A stretch of 64,000 nt of DNA from Patescibacteria group bacterium (lineage in GTDB: Bacteria > Patescibacteriota > Microgenomatia > Levybacterales > UBA12049), in contig JBBTXS010000004.1 in the NCBI GenBank assembly GCA_038062115.1, forward strand, positions 5,009 through 69,008, written 5' to 3'. A model generated the notes under the pieces. It had not been told where the DNA came from, searched no databases, and saw only the letters and a program-made list of their open reading frames with translations. Numbering within the stretch: position 1 is the first letter of the stretch; every line of letters starts with the position of its first letter. A program made the translations under genes and the position numbers. Shown one piece after another: positions 8,529-16,400 of the stretch.

Positions 8529-10229
8529 ATGAACGTAACGAAACCAAAAATTATACTGGTAGTAATTATTATAATAGCTGCTTTTCTGCGTTTTTATCAA
8601 TTAGGTAATAATCCTTCTTCTCTTACTTGGGATGAGGCGGCATGGGGATATAATGCTTATTCTTTAGGGATTGATGGAAAAGATGAGTTTGGTAGATTTT
8701 TGCCTCTTGATTATTTAGAGTCCTTTGGCGATTTTAAGCCCCCCTTGTATGCATATTTAGATATTATTCCTATCAAAATTTTTGGTTTAAATGAGTTTGC
8801 TACTAGATTTCCTTCGGCATTCTTTGGAGTATTGACAGTTTTGGTAACTTATTTTTTGGTAAGGAGAATATTTTCTTTTTCTCGAAATTCACCCCCGAGG
8901 AGTCGCTTTGCAACATCTCGGGGGTGGCCGAATGGGCTCCCCCGAGGTGAAAGTGTTGCGTTATTGTCTGCTTTTTTACTGGTTATTTCTCCTTGGCATA
9001 TTAATTTATCTCGAGCTGCGTTTGAGGCTAATGTTGCATCTTTCTTTATTGTTGCTGGAGTGTGGTTATTTCTAGCCGCAATTCAAAATAAGAAATGGCT
9101 TCTTTTGCTTTCTGTTTCTTCTTTCGTTCTTTCTATATACACATTTAATACGGCAAGAATAGTATCTCCAATTCTTTTTATACTTTTATCGCTAATCTTT
9201 TGGAAAGCCTTATGGAGAATCAAATACCAAGTCGTGGGAGCAACAATTGTTGGAATAGTTTTAATCCTTCCAATTGCGAGATTTTTGGTTTCGCCTCAAG
9301 CAAGTCTTAGGTTTAAAGAAGTTAATATATTTTCAGATATCGAAGTTATTGAAAGGACAAATCAAGAAATTGAAAATGACAAAAATATTATGTGGTCTCG
9401 CATACTTCATAATCGTAGGTTTGCATACGCAGTTGAATATATTAAGCACTACCTTGATAACGTAAGCCCTTCTTTTTTATTCCTCAAAGGAGATGGTAAT
9501 CCAAAATTTTCTACCCAGGATGTAGGACAAATGTATTTATGGGAGTTGCCATTTTTTATAGGTGGGATTTTATTGCTTTTTAGAAGAAGAGAAGGTAATT
9601 GGTGGATTGTTCCGTTATGGTTACTGATTGGCATCGTTCCGGCGGCAACTGCACGCGAGACTCCGCATGCTTTACGTATTGAGACAACATTGCCAACTTT
9701 TCAAATTATCGTTGCTTATGGCATCTATCAAGCAGTATCAAGTATTAAGTATTATGTATTAAGTAAAAACAAAAGATACGTTATACTTAGCTCTTTTATC
9801 TTACTACTTTTTGTGAATTTTCTATATTACATACATGGATATTATGCTCACTACCCTCGTGAGTATTCAGGAGAATGGCAGTATGGCTATAAAGAATCAA
9901 TAGAATATGTCAAGATGGTTCAGGATAAATACGATCAGATACGAATCACTTCAGCAATGGGTAGACCATATGTCTATTACGCATTTTTTACTAAGACTTT
10001 TCCTGAATCCTTTAGAAAAACTGCGATTGTTAAACGAGACGCATTTGGATTTGTTACGGTTTCAGGATTTTTAAAATATCGTTTTGCTGACAATCTAAAC
10101 TTCATTAAGGAAAAGACAAAAAAGGCACTGTACATAGATATTCCAGGAAGAGTTCACCCAAAAGGAGATATATTAAAAAGATTTTATTTGTTAAATGGGG
10201 CAGAGGTGCTTGTTGCTTATAGACTCTAA
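8529..10229 (+). CDS. GT39/PMT_2 (ArnT-like) lipid-carrier-dependent glycosyltransferase, paralog 1
   Basis: 566 aa. SLTWDEAAWGYNAYSLGIDGKDEFGRFLPL...FGDFKPPLYAY is the typical first-loop DE motif region of GT39/ArnT-like enzymes. Also ISPWHINLSRAAFEAN. Confidence 0.75.
   Translation: MNVTKPKIILVVIIIIAAFLRFYQLGNNPSSLTWDEAAWGYNAYSLGIDGKDEFGRFLPLDYLESFGDFKPPLYAYLDIIPIKIFGLNEFATRFPSAFFGVLTVLVTYFLVRRIFSFSRNSPPRSRFATSRGWPNGLPRGESVALLSAFLLVISPWHINLSRAAFEANVASFFIVAGVWLFLAAIQNKKWLLLLSVSSFVLSIYTFNTARIVSPILFILLSLIFWKALWRIKYQVVGATIVGIVLILPIARFLVSPQASLRFKEVNIFSDIEVIERTNQEIENDKNIMWSRILHNRRFAYAVEYIKHYLDNVSPSFLFLKGDGNPKFSTQDVGQMYLWELPFFIGGILLLFRRREGNWWIVPLWLLIGIVPAATARETPHALRIETTLPTFQIIVAYGIYQAVSSIKYYVLSKNKRYVILSSFILLLFVNFLYYIHGYYAHYPREYSGEWQYGYKESIEYVKMVQDKYDQIRITSAMGRPYVYYAFFTKTFPESFRKTAIVKRDAFGFVTVSGFLKYRFADNLNFIKEKTKKALYIDIPGRVHPKGDILKRFYLLNGAEVLVAYRL
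8884..8956 (+). repeat. GC-rich palindromic insertion, in-frame inside the GT39 CDS
   Basis: cacccccgag (8890-8899) pairs perfectly with ctcgggggtg (8917-8926). A third arm, ctcccccgagg (8937-8947), repeats the first. Strongly GC-rich against an AT-rich background. Translated as SRNSPPRSRFATSRGWPNGLPRGESV in a loop where GT39 homologs, as I recall them, run almost directly from ...LV.RIF to .ALLSAFLL. Confidence 0.8.
9733..9765 (+). repeat. Heptanucleotide repeat block (AAGTATT units) inside CDS
   Basis: cagtatc aagtatt aagtatt atgtatt aagta, translated SSIKYYVLS. Reverse complement of the AATACTT units at 18557 and 29936. Confidence 0.9.
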
Positions 10230-10230
10230 A

Positions 10231-12024
10231 ATGAAAAGAAAAATTGTGTATCCTGTTTTGTTCGTAATTATTGTTATAGCTTCGGTATTAAGACTGTGGA
10301 AGTTAGGAGATGTGCCAATTTCCCCTAACTGGGACGAAGTTGCTCTTGGGTACAACGCATATTCTATTATGCAGACGGGCAGAGATGAATATGGCGAATT
10401 TTTGCCAATTATTTTACGATCATTCGATGACTATAAGCCTGCCTTATATGCTTATTTTGCAATACCATTTATTAAGCTATTTGGCTTAACTGTTTTTGCT
10501 GTTAGGTTGCCCTCTGCTATTTTTGGGATATTAACAGTTCTAGCTACTTATTTTTTGGTTAAAGAAATATTTGGGATAAACCACAAATTCAAAATCACAA
10601 ATTCCAAACAAATTCAAAATTCTCCGCCAAAGGCGGATCAACCTCTGGCTAAAAATGATCAAAATTCAAAATGTGCATTGGAAAATGGAAAATGGAAAAT
10701 GGAAAATACGATTCCTTTACTTTCTACATTCTTACTTGCTATTTTTCCATGGCATGTTCAGTTTTCAAGGATTGCCTTTGAATCCAATGTTGGACTTGCT
10801 TTTAATATATTTGCTGTGTTGTTTTTTCTGTGGGGATTACGACGTCCATGGCTTCTATTGCTATCTGCGCTAACTATGGGTATAAATTTATATGTTTATC
10901 AAAGCGAGAAAGTTTTTACTCCGTTACTGCTTCTTACTTTAATTATAATTTTTAGAAAATCACTTTTTTTGCTCCCAAAAAAATATATAGTAATGGCTGG
11001 AGCCTTAGGTCTTATTATCTCTTTGCCAATAATTCATTATACATTTACTAACAGAGAGGCATTATCTAGAGCTCAAGATGTAAGCATACTTGCCAATACA
11101 ACGCCACTTCTTGAAGAAAATGTCCAAAGACTTGTTAGAGATAAAGAAAAACAGGACTATCTTGGTCTTATTTTAGACAACAGACGAGTCACGTATCTAA
11201 AAAACATTGCTTCAGGATATTTGTCTCATTTTGATCTCAACTGGCTGTTTATAAAAGGAGATATAGCACGTCATCATGCTCCAAACATGGGGATTTTGTA
11301 TCTCTGGGAATTACCATTTTTAATGATTGGAATATATAAGCTATTGTTCGGTTCGTCAGTTGACGGATTTACTAAAAAAATAAAAGCGTTTATATTCATC
11401 TGGTTTTTAATAGCTCCCATTCCTGCTTCTGTAACCAGTGATGTGCCTCATGCTGTACGTACTTTAAACTTTCTGCCGACTTTTCAGATATTTATATCAA
11501 TAGGGTTAATAACAGCTATAGGGTTGGTATCAAGTATTAAGTATCAAGTATTAAGTATAAGGATAAAATATATATCCTTTGTTTTTTTCTTTTTCTTTTT
11601 TGCCTTTAATTTCTCATATTATGTTAATCAATACTTTGTTCAGCAGAATTATTTTCATGCTCAATACTGGCAATATGGATATAAGGAAATTGTTGAATAT
11701 CTTATGCCTATTCACAATAAATATAATAAAATAATAGTTTCCAATACGCAACCTTTAGATCAGTCCTATATATTTTTCCTATTCTACTCAAAATATGATC
11801 CAGTAAAGTATTTAGCAACAGGCGGAACTAGATCAGGTATTCAAGAGGAAGACGGAAATAAATTTTTAAATTTTGAATTTAGGAAATTCAATTATTATGA
11901 AGAAAAAGGGCATAATATTCTTTTGGTTGGAAGCGGGTCAGACTTTAAAGAAATCTTTAAAACTATAAAAAGAGTTGATTATCCAAATGGGGAAGTAGCT
12001 ATTAGAGTTGTTGAGAAAGATTGA
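10231..12024 (+). CDS. GT39/PMT_2 (ArnT-like) lipid-carrier-dependent glycosyltransferase, paralog 2
   Basis: The track ORF starts at 10195, inside the upstream gene. The ATG at 10231 directly follows the upstream TAA (10227-10229). ISPNWDEVALGYNAYSIMQTGRDEYGEFLPI...FDDYKPALYAY and IFPWHVQFSRIAFESN are colinear with 8529-10229. Confidence 0.75.
   Translation: MKRKIVYPVLFVIIVIASVLRLWKLGDVPISPNWDEVALGYNAYSIMQTGRDEYGEFLPIILRSFDDYKPALYAYFAIPFIKLFGLTVFAVRLPSAIFGILTVLATYFLVKEIFGINHKFKITNSKQIQNSPPKADQPLAKNDQNSKCALENGKWKMENTIPLLSTFLLAIFPWHVQFSRIAFESNVGLAFNIFAVLFFLWGLRRPWLLLLSALTMGINLYVYQSEKVFTPLLLLTLIIIFRKSLFLLPKKYIVMAGALGLIISLPIIHYTFTNREALSRAQDVSILANTTPLLEENVQRLVRDKEKQDYLGLILDNRRVTYLKNIASGYLSHFDLNWLFIKGDIARHHAPNMGILYLWELPFLMIGIYKLLFGSSVDGFTKKIKAFIFIWFLIAPIPASVTSDVPHAVRTLNFLPTFQIFISIGLITAIGLVSSIKYQVLSIRIKYISFVFFFFFFAFNFSYYVNQYFVQQNYFHAQYWQYGYKEIVEYLMPIHNKYNKIIVSNTQPLDQSYIFFLFYSKYDPVKYLATGGTRSGIQEEDGNKFLNFEFRKFNYYEEKGHNILLVGSGSDFKEIFKTIKRVDYPNGEVAIRVVEKD
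10578..10709 (+). repeat. Composite low-complexity insertion in CDS: degenerate heptamer arms, a small GC hairpin, and (TGGAAAA)x4
   Basis: cacaaat tcaaaat cacaaat tccaaac aaattca..., then tccgcc-aaa-ggcgga (10623-10637), then tggaaaa x4 (10679-10706). Translated NHKFKITNSKQIQNSPPKADQPLAKNDQNSKCALENGKWKMENT. Same loop position as the insert at 8884-8956 in the paralog. Confidence 0.85.
11527..11559 (+). repeat. Heptanucleotide repeat block (AAGTATT/AAGTATC units) inside CDS
   Basis: gtatc aagtatt aagtatc aagtatt aagtata, translated SSIKYQVLSIR. 29 of 31 nt identical to 9735-9765. Confidence 0.9.
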
Positions 12025-12025
12025 T

Positions 12026-13279
12026 ATGAATAGAAGCCTAATACTATTTATTCTTATTTTTGTCTTATTAGTGCTTCTAAGATTTTACGACCTTGATACA
12101 AGAACTCCGTTTGGATTTGATCAGGTAAACAATGCGTGGGCTGCAAAAAATATTATTGTAAACCACGAATTCCCCATTCTCGGATTTCAAGCAAAGGTCA
12201 ATAGTGGAATATATATTGGACCTTACTATTATTATCTTATTGCAATTGTTTATTTTTTAACAAATCTAAATCCAATAGCTTCTGGAGTTATAGCTGGTAT
12301 AACAAGTATATTTACATTTTTTACCCTTTTTTATATCTCAAAGAAATTGTTCTTTGTAAATGCGGCGCTTATTGCAGTTTTTTTAAATAGCGTATCGTTT
12401 TTTGCGATAAATTTTGATAGAGTGCAGGGTGCAGTTAATTTTATTCCATCGATAGCGCTCACTATTTTTTTTAGTCTTTATAAAATAATAACAGGAAATC
12501 CAAAATTTATTCTATTGTTAGCGTTTGCATTTGGTTTTTCTCTTCATATACACGTTACAGCTATTTACTTCCCAATTATCATATTACTTTGTTTGCCTTT
12601 TTTTCCAAGGACAAAAGAAATGCTTAAATATATATTTCTAAGTATTCCTATATTTTTGTTTTTTCTTTTTCCAATGGTTATTGCATTTTTACAAAATGCA
12701 GGGCATGCTTCAGATGCTATTAATTATGGCAATACATACTTCCATGGCTTTCATCTAAAAAGAGTAATGCAACTAACAAATGATGCATTTATTCAATTTG
12801 AACCCTATTTCAATTATTCAAATATCATTAAGTATTTAAAGTTTATTCTGATTCCCTTATTTATACTTATGTATCTTTATAAAAATATATCCAAAGATAA
12901 ATTACTATTTTGTTATTTAGTCTTACTTTGGTTTATGATACCTTGGTTAGTGCTTTCTGCTTACAGTGGGGAAATAAGTGATTATTATTATTCTGCGAAT
13001 AGGTTTATTGCGTTGTTGATCATAGCTTATTTAGTATCAAAAACATTTCAATTTAGAAATATTGCAACAAAAGTGACAATAATAAGTCTTTTAATTTTTT
13101 ATATGGCATTTAATTTACAAAAATTTTTCTTGTCAAGAGTTGTTGATAATTTGAAGGACAAAGCAGATTCTGTTCAGCGAGCAATCAAAGAGGAAAGAGA
13201 AGTTGGATTTTATGAAGGAGCTCCTGAACCATATTTATACTATTATTATATGAGAAAAAAAGGAAAAGAAGTCTATTAA
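12026..13279 (+). CDS. Polytopic GT-C-like membrane protein, FGFDQ family (paralog 2; short C-terminus)
   Basis: The track start is TTG 12008. The ATG at 12026 follows the upstream TGA (12022-12024). FGFDQVNNAWAAKNIIVNHEFPILGF...GPYYYYLI. It ends at ...PYLYYYYMRKKGKEVY, which is inside the module that reads PYDYLISWYGKKKYGYVP in the longer paralogs. Confidence 0.6.
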   Translation: MNRSLILFILIFVLLVLLRFYDLDTRTPFGFDQVNNAWAAKNIIVNHEFPILGFQAKVNSGIYIGPYYYYLIAIVYFLTNLNPIASGVIAGITSIFTFFTLFYISKKLFFVNAALIAVFLNSVSFFAINFDRVQGAVNFIPSIALTIFFSLYKIITGNPKFILLLAFAFGFSLHIHVTAIYFPIIILLCLPFFPRTKEMLKYIFLSIPIFLFFLFPMVIAFLQNAGHASDAINYGNTYFHGFHLKRVMQLTNDAFIQFEPYFNYSNIIKYLKFILIPLFILMYLYKNISKDKLLFCYLVLLWFMIPWLVLSAYSGEISDYYYSANRFIALLIIAYLVSKTFQFRNIATKVTIISLLIFYMAFNLQKFFLSRVVDNLKDKADSVQRAIKEEREVGFYEGAPEPYLYYYYMRKKGKEVY

Positions 13280-13288
13280 ATAACAAAC

Positions 13289-14824
13289 ATGAAATATAAC
13301 ATATTCTATAAAACAATAGATTTTAAGTTTATTGCCTACATACTACTTTTTGTTGCACTTGCCAGTGGTGTAATTTTGAGGTCGGTAGAGGTTGTGAATG
13401 GAAATTTTCTTTTTGGATTTGATCAGGGAAGAGATTATCTTGCGGTAAAAAATATTGTCGTAGATCACAAGTTAACTCTCATTGGATCAGAAATAGGAGC
13501 TGGTGTTGCTGGATTTAGCGGTATTTTCCATGGACCTTTTTATTATTATTTACTAGCATTGCCCTTCATAATTTTTAAGGGAAATCCTTATGGAGGAATG
13601 ATATTAATGTTTGTATTAGGAATTGCAACGATTCTCCTTTGTTATATCATTGGAAGGAGGCTCTTTGGGACAAAAGTTGGATTGTTGGTAGCCGCCATAG
13701 TTGCTGTCTCTCCGCCTTTTATTGCATATTCAAGGTTTGTTTGGAACTCTAACCCTTCGCCATTATTTATTTTGCTTGCTTTTTATTTCGTATTCCTCTT
13801 TACTAAAGAAGGAAAAACGAAATACCTTTTTTGGGCTTCCTTTTTCTCAAGTTTTGTATATAATTTTCAATTGGCCATGGCAATTCCTCTGTCTATAGCT
13901 CTTATTATATATTGCGTATTAGTAGTTAGCCTTAAACAAATTAAGCAGTATGCAGTATTGTTTCTAGGAACAATACTTGCTTTTTCACCTATGTTGTTGT
14001 TCGAAATTCGTCATGGATTTCAAGCGATAAAAGGACTATTAATTTATATGTTTAATCATCCAGAAACTGCAACGACGCAAACATTTTGGGTATTGCTTTT
14101 ACGTGATCATCTGTTGATGTTCTTTGATAATTTTTTGTCTACATTTCCTTCGCAAACCATTAGTTCCTCAATAGCAGTTATTACGATTCTTCCTGTGGTT
14201 TTTTATTTTGTCCTGAAAGAGAAGGATAAACAAAGAAAGAAATTTATTTTGTATCTTTTGATTCTCATGCCCGTTACATTTATTGTTTTAGGATTCTTGA
14301 GAAACTTTGTATACAATTATTATCTCATTCATCTTAATCTTGCCTACATATTTTTAGTCGTTTTTGCCATTGTGTCTACTTTCAAAGCACGACATAAGAT
14401 AGTAAATGGCATAGTTATAGGATATGTAGCAATATTGTTGTTTTCTGGGATCTTTTCTAATATTCGAACGTTTTATTACGATATTACCGACTATGGCGGA
14501 ACCCATAAAATTAGAGGAAAGCTCGATGCGATAGATCATGTCTATAAAAACGCTGATGGAAAACGATTTGGGCTACTGGTATTTAGTCCCCCTATATATA
14601 TCTACCCCTATGATTATCTTATTTCTTGGTATGGAAAGAAAAAATATGGATATGTTCCACATCAGGAGAAAAAAGGACTTGTGTATCTTTTGATTGAAAA
14701 AGACACATCAAAACCATGGAGCTATCAGGGTTGGCTCGAAACAGTAATAAAAGGAGGCGATGTTATAAATACAGAACAACTTACAAATGGTTTTATTATA
14801 GAGAAACGTTTATTTAAAGAATAA
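13289..14824 (+). CDS. Polytopic GT-C-like membrane protein, FGFDQ family (paralog 3)
   Basis: 511 aa. FGFDQGRDYLAVKNIVVDHKLTLIGSE...GPFYYYLL. C-terminal module DYGGTHKIRGKLDAIDHVYKNADGKRFGLLVFSPP...WYGKKKYGYVP...GWLETVIKGG. Confidence 0.65.
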   Translation: MKYNIFYKTIDFKFIAYILLFVALASGVILRSVEVVNGNFLFGFDQGRDYLAVKNIVVDHKLTLIGSEIGAGVAGFSGIFHGPFYYYLLALPFIIFKGNPYGGMILMFVLGIATILLCYIIGRRLFGTKVGLLVAAIVAVSPPFIAYSRFVWNSNPSPLFILLAFYFVFLFTKEGKTKYLFWASFFSSFVYNFQLAMAIPLSIALIIYCVLVVSLKQIKQYAVLFLGTILAFSPMLLFEIRHGFQAIKGLLIYMFNHPETATTQTFWVLLLRDHLLMFFDNFLSTFPSQTISSSIAVITILPVVFYFVLKEKDKQRKKFILYLLILMPVTFIVLGFLRNFVYNYYLIHLNLAYIFLVVFAIVSTFKARHKIVNGIVIGYVAILLFSGIFSNIRTFYYDITDYGGTHKIRGKLDAIDHVYKNADGKRFGLLVFSPPIYIYPYDYLISWYGKKKYGYVPHQEKKGLVYLLIEKDTSKPWSYQGWLETVIKGGDVINTEQLTNGFIIEKRLFKE

Positions 14825-14852
14825 ATCCAGCACCGAATCGGTGCTGGATAAA
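14822..14852. repeat. 23-nt palindromic element flanked by TAAA direct repeats (intergenic copy)
   Basis: TAAA tccagcacc-gaatc-ggtgctgga TAAA. With the flanking a/t the perfect stem is 10 bp (14825-14834 pairs with 14840-14849). The left TAAA contains the stop codon of 13289-14824. No U-tract follows. Confidence 0.85.
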
Positions 14853-14867
14853 GCGCAATCCAAATCT

Positions 14868-16400
14868 ATGAAAAAATTGTTTATTTTTTTTGGGTTATTG
14901 ATTATATTAGCAATTGGTTCTTGGCTTAGGTTAAGCGGAATTATAAGTAATTCTTTTGCATTTACTTACGATGTAGGGCGAGATATGCTTGCTGTTGAAA
15001 ATATAGTGGTTAATCATAAAATTACTCTTATTGGGCAAACAACAGGAGTAGAGGGTATTTTCTATGGGCCTTGGTGGTACTTTATATTAAGTATTCCATT
15101 TTTTATCTTTTCCGGTAACCCGCAGGGAATTGCATTTTTTATGGCGTTTATTGGAATTATCACTATTTTCCTGAGTTACATTGTTGGGGAAAAGATAGGT
15201 GGAGTTTTTTTAGGAATAATTTTTTCTGCTTTTATTAGCATTTCTTCTATAATGGTTTTGTCTTCTTCCCAAATATGGAACCCAAATCCAATACCCTTTT
15301 TTGTCTTACTTGTCTTTCTGATGCTTTATATGCTCTCTTTTGACAGTAAACCCCGCACCCACGGGGTGCGGGGTAAACCTAAAACTTCTAAAGCAAAATA
15401 TCTTTTCCTACTTGGTTTGCTCTTGGGCATTACCATAGATATGGAAATAGTATTTGGAATTCTGCTTTTTTTGGGTACTTGCATATCTTTAATTCTTATT
15501 TTTAGAAAAAGATTGAGAATAAAAGAAGTACCTTTTTTTGCCTTAGGATTATTATTTATTTTTTCTCCACGGATTATTTTTGAGGTTCGGCATGATTTTT
15601 TGATGACCAAGACATTTATTAACGCTTTTAGCAATGGATTCATGTCGCCTAAGCACTTTTCTATTTTTGACGCACTTTTTAGCAAACTAGGCTCTTTATT
15701 TAACGTATGGAATGCTACATTAGCAGGACAAAACAGCACAGTTGGTTTTATTTTGATAGCCTTCGTTTCTTTATGCTTGCTATTTTTCTATAAAAAGATA
15801 GAGGATACACAGAAACAATTTATGCAGACTATTTTTATTGTAATTGTAATTTTTTTAATAGGCTTTATTTTTTTAAATCAGGCTATTTGGCCTCATTATC
15901 TTGTTGGTATTCCAGTTTTTTATATTCTTCTTGTAAGCTTAATCATTAATACAACAAAGATTGTCTTAAAAAAATCTTGGGTTATTTTCTTTATATTGCT
16001 TGTTTTATTTTGGATTAATCTAAACCCTATGCAGGTTTTAGACAATATTAGGAAGCCTATATGGGAGGGAAATGCCGCAGTATATCGTAATCAAGTTGCT
16101 GTTATTGATTATGTTTTTAATGATGCAAAAGGCAAAGATTTTAAATACATTGTTTATACCCCAGCCGTACATGATTATACTTACAGGTACTTGTTTTCTT
16201 GGTATGGAAAGAAAAAATATAGCTACATCCCTGGCCAAAAAAACACTGGATTATTTTATGTAATACTGGAGCCTGACTATGATTTGCCGTTTCGATTAAA
16301 AGATTGGTTAAACGATAGAGAGGACGATGGAACAATACAAAAAGAAAAGATAGTAAAAGGAGGGATAACAGTTCAGACAAGGATATTGAACATTGAATAA
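14868..16400 (+). CDS. Polytopic GT-C-like membrane protein, FGFDQ family (paralog 4)
   Basis: The track start GTG 14841 lies inside the hairpin, so the ATG at 14868 (MKKLFIFFGLL) is preferred. FTYDVGRDMLAVENIVVNHKITLIGQ...GPWWYFIL. C-terminal ...YLFSWYGKKKYSYIP. Confidence 0.65.
   Translation: MKKLFIFFGLLIILAIGSWLRLSGIISNSFAFTYDVGRDMLAVENIVVNHKITLIGQTTGVEGIFYGPWWYFILSIPFFIFSGNPQGIAFFMAFIGIITIFLSYIVGEKIGGVFLGIIFSAFISISSIMVLSSSQIWNPNPIPFFVLLVFLMLYMLSFDSKPRTHGVRGKPKTSKAKYLFLLGLLLGITIDMEIVFGILLFLGTCISLILIFRKRLRIKEVPFFALGLLFIFSPRIIFEVRHDFLMTKTFINAFSNGFMSPKHFSIFDALFSKLGSLFNVWNATLAGQNSTVGFILIAFVSLCLLFFYKKIEDTQKQFMQTIFIVIVIFLIGFIFLNQAIWPHYLVGIPVFYILLVSLIINTTKIVLKKSWVIFFILLVLFWINLNPMQVLDNIRKPIWEGNAAVYRNQVAVIDYVFNDAKGKDFKYIVYTPAVHDYTYRYLFSWYGKKKYSYIPGQKNTGLFYVILEPDYDLPFRLKDWLNDREDDGTIQKEKIVKGGITVQTRILNIE
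15347..15377 (+). repeat. 23-nt GC-rich palindromic element flanked by TAAA direct repeats, in-frame inside CDS
   Basis: TAAA ccccgcaccc-acg-gggtgcgggg TAAA (arms 15351-15360 and 15364-15373). 23 + 4 = 27 nt = 9 codons, translated within DSKPRTHGVRGKPKT. Paralogs have a much shorter loop here (TKEGKTKYLF, LQGSGKFFLL). Confidence 0.85.

Noticed and set aside
14825-14849. The 10-bp perfect hairpin after gene 13289-14824, considered as a Rho-independent terminator.
   Set aside because: No U-tract follows (aaagcgcaatcc), and the next paralog starts 19 nt later in what looks like one operon. The TAAA duplication and the sister copy at 15351 point to a palindromic insertion instead.
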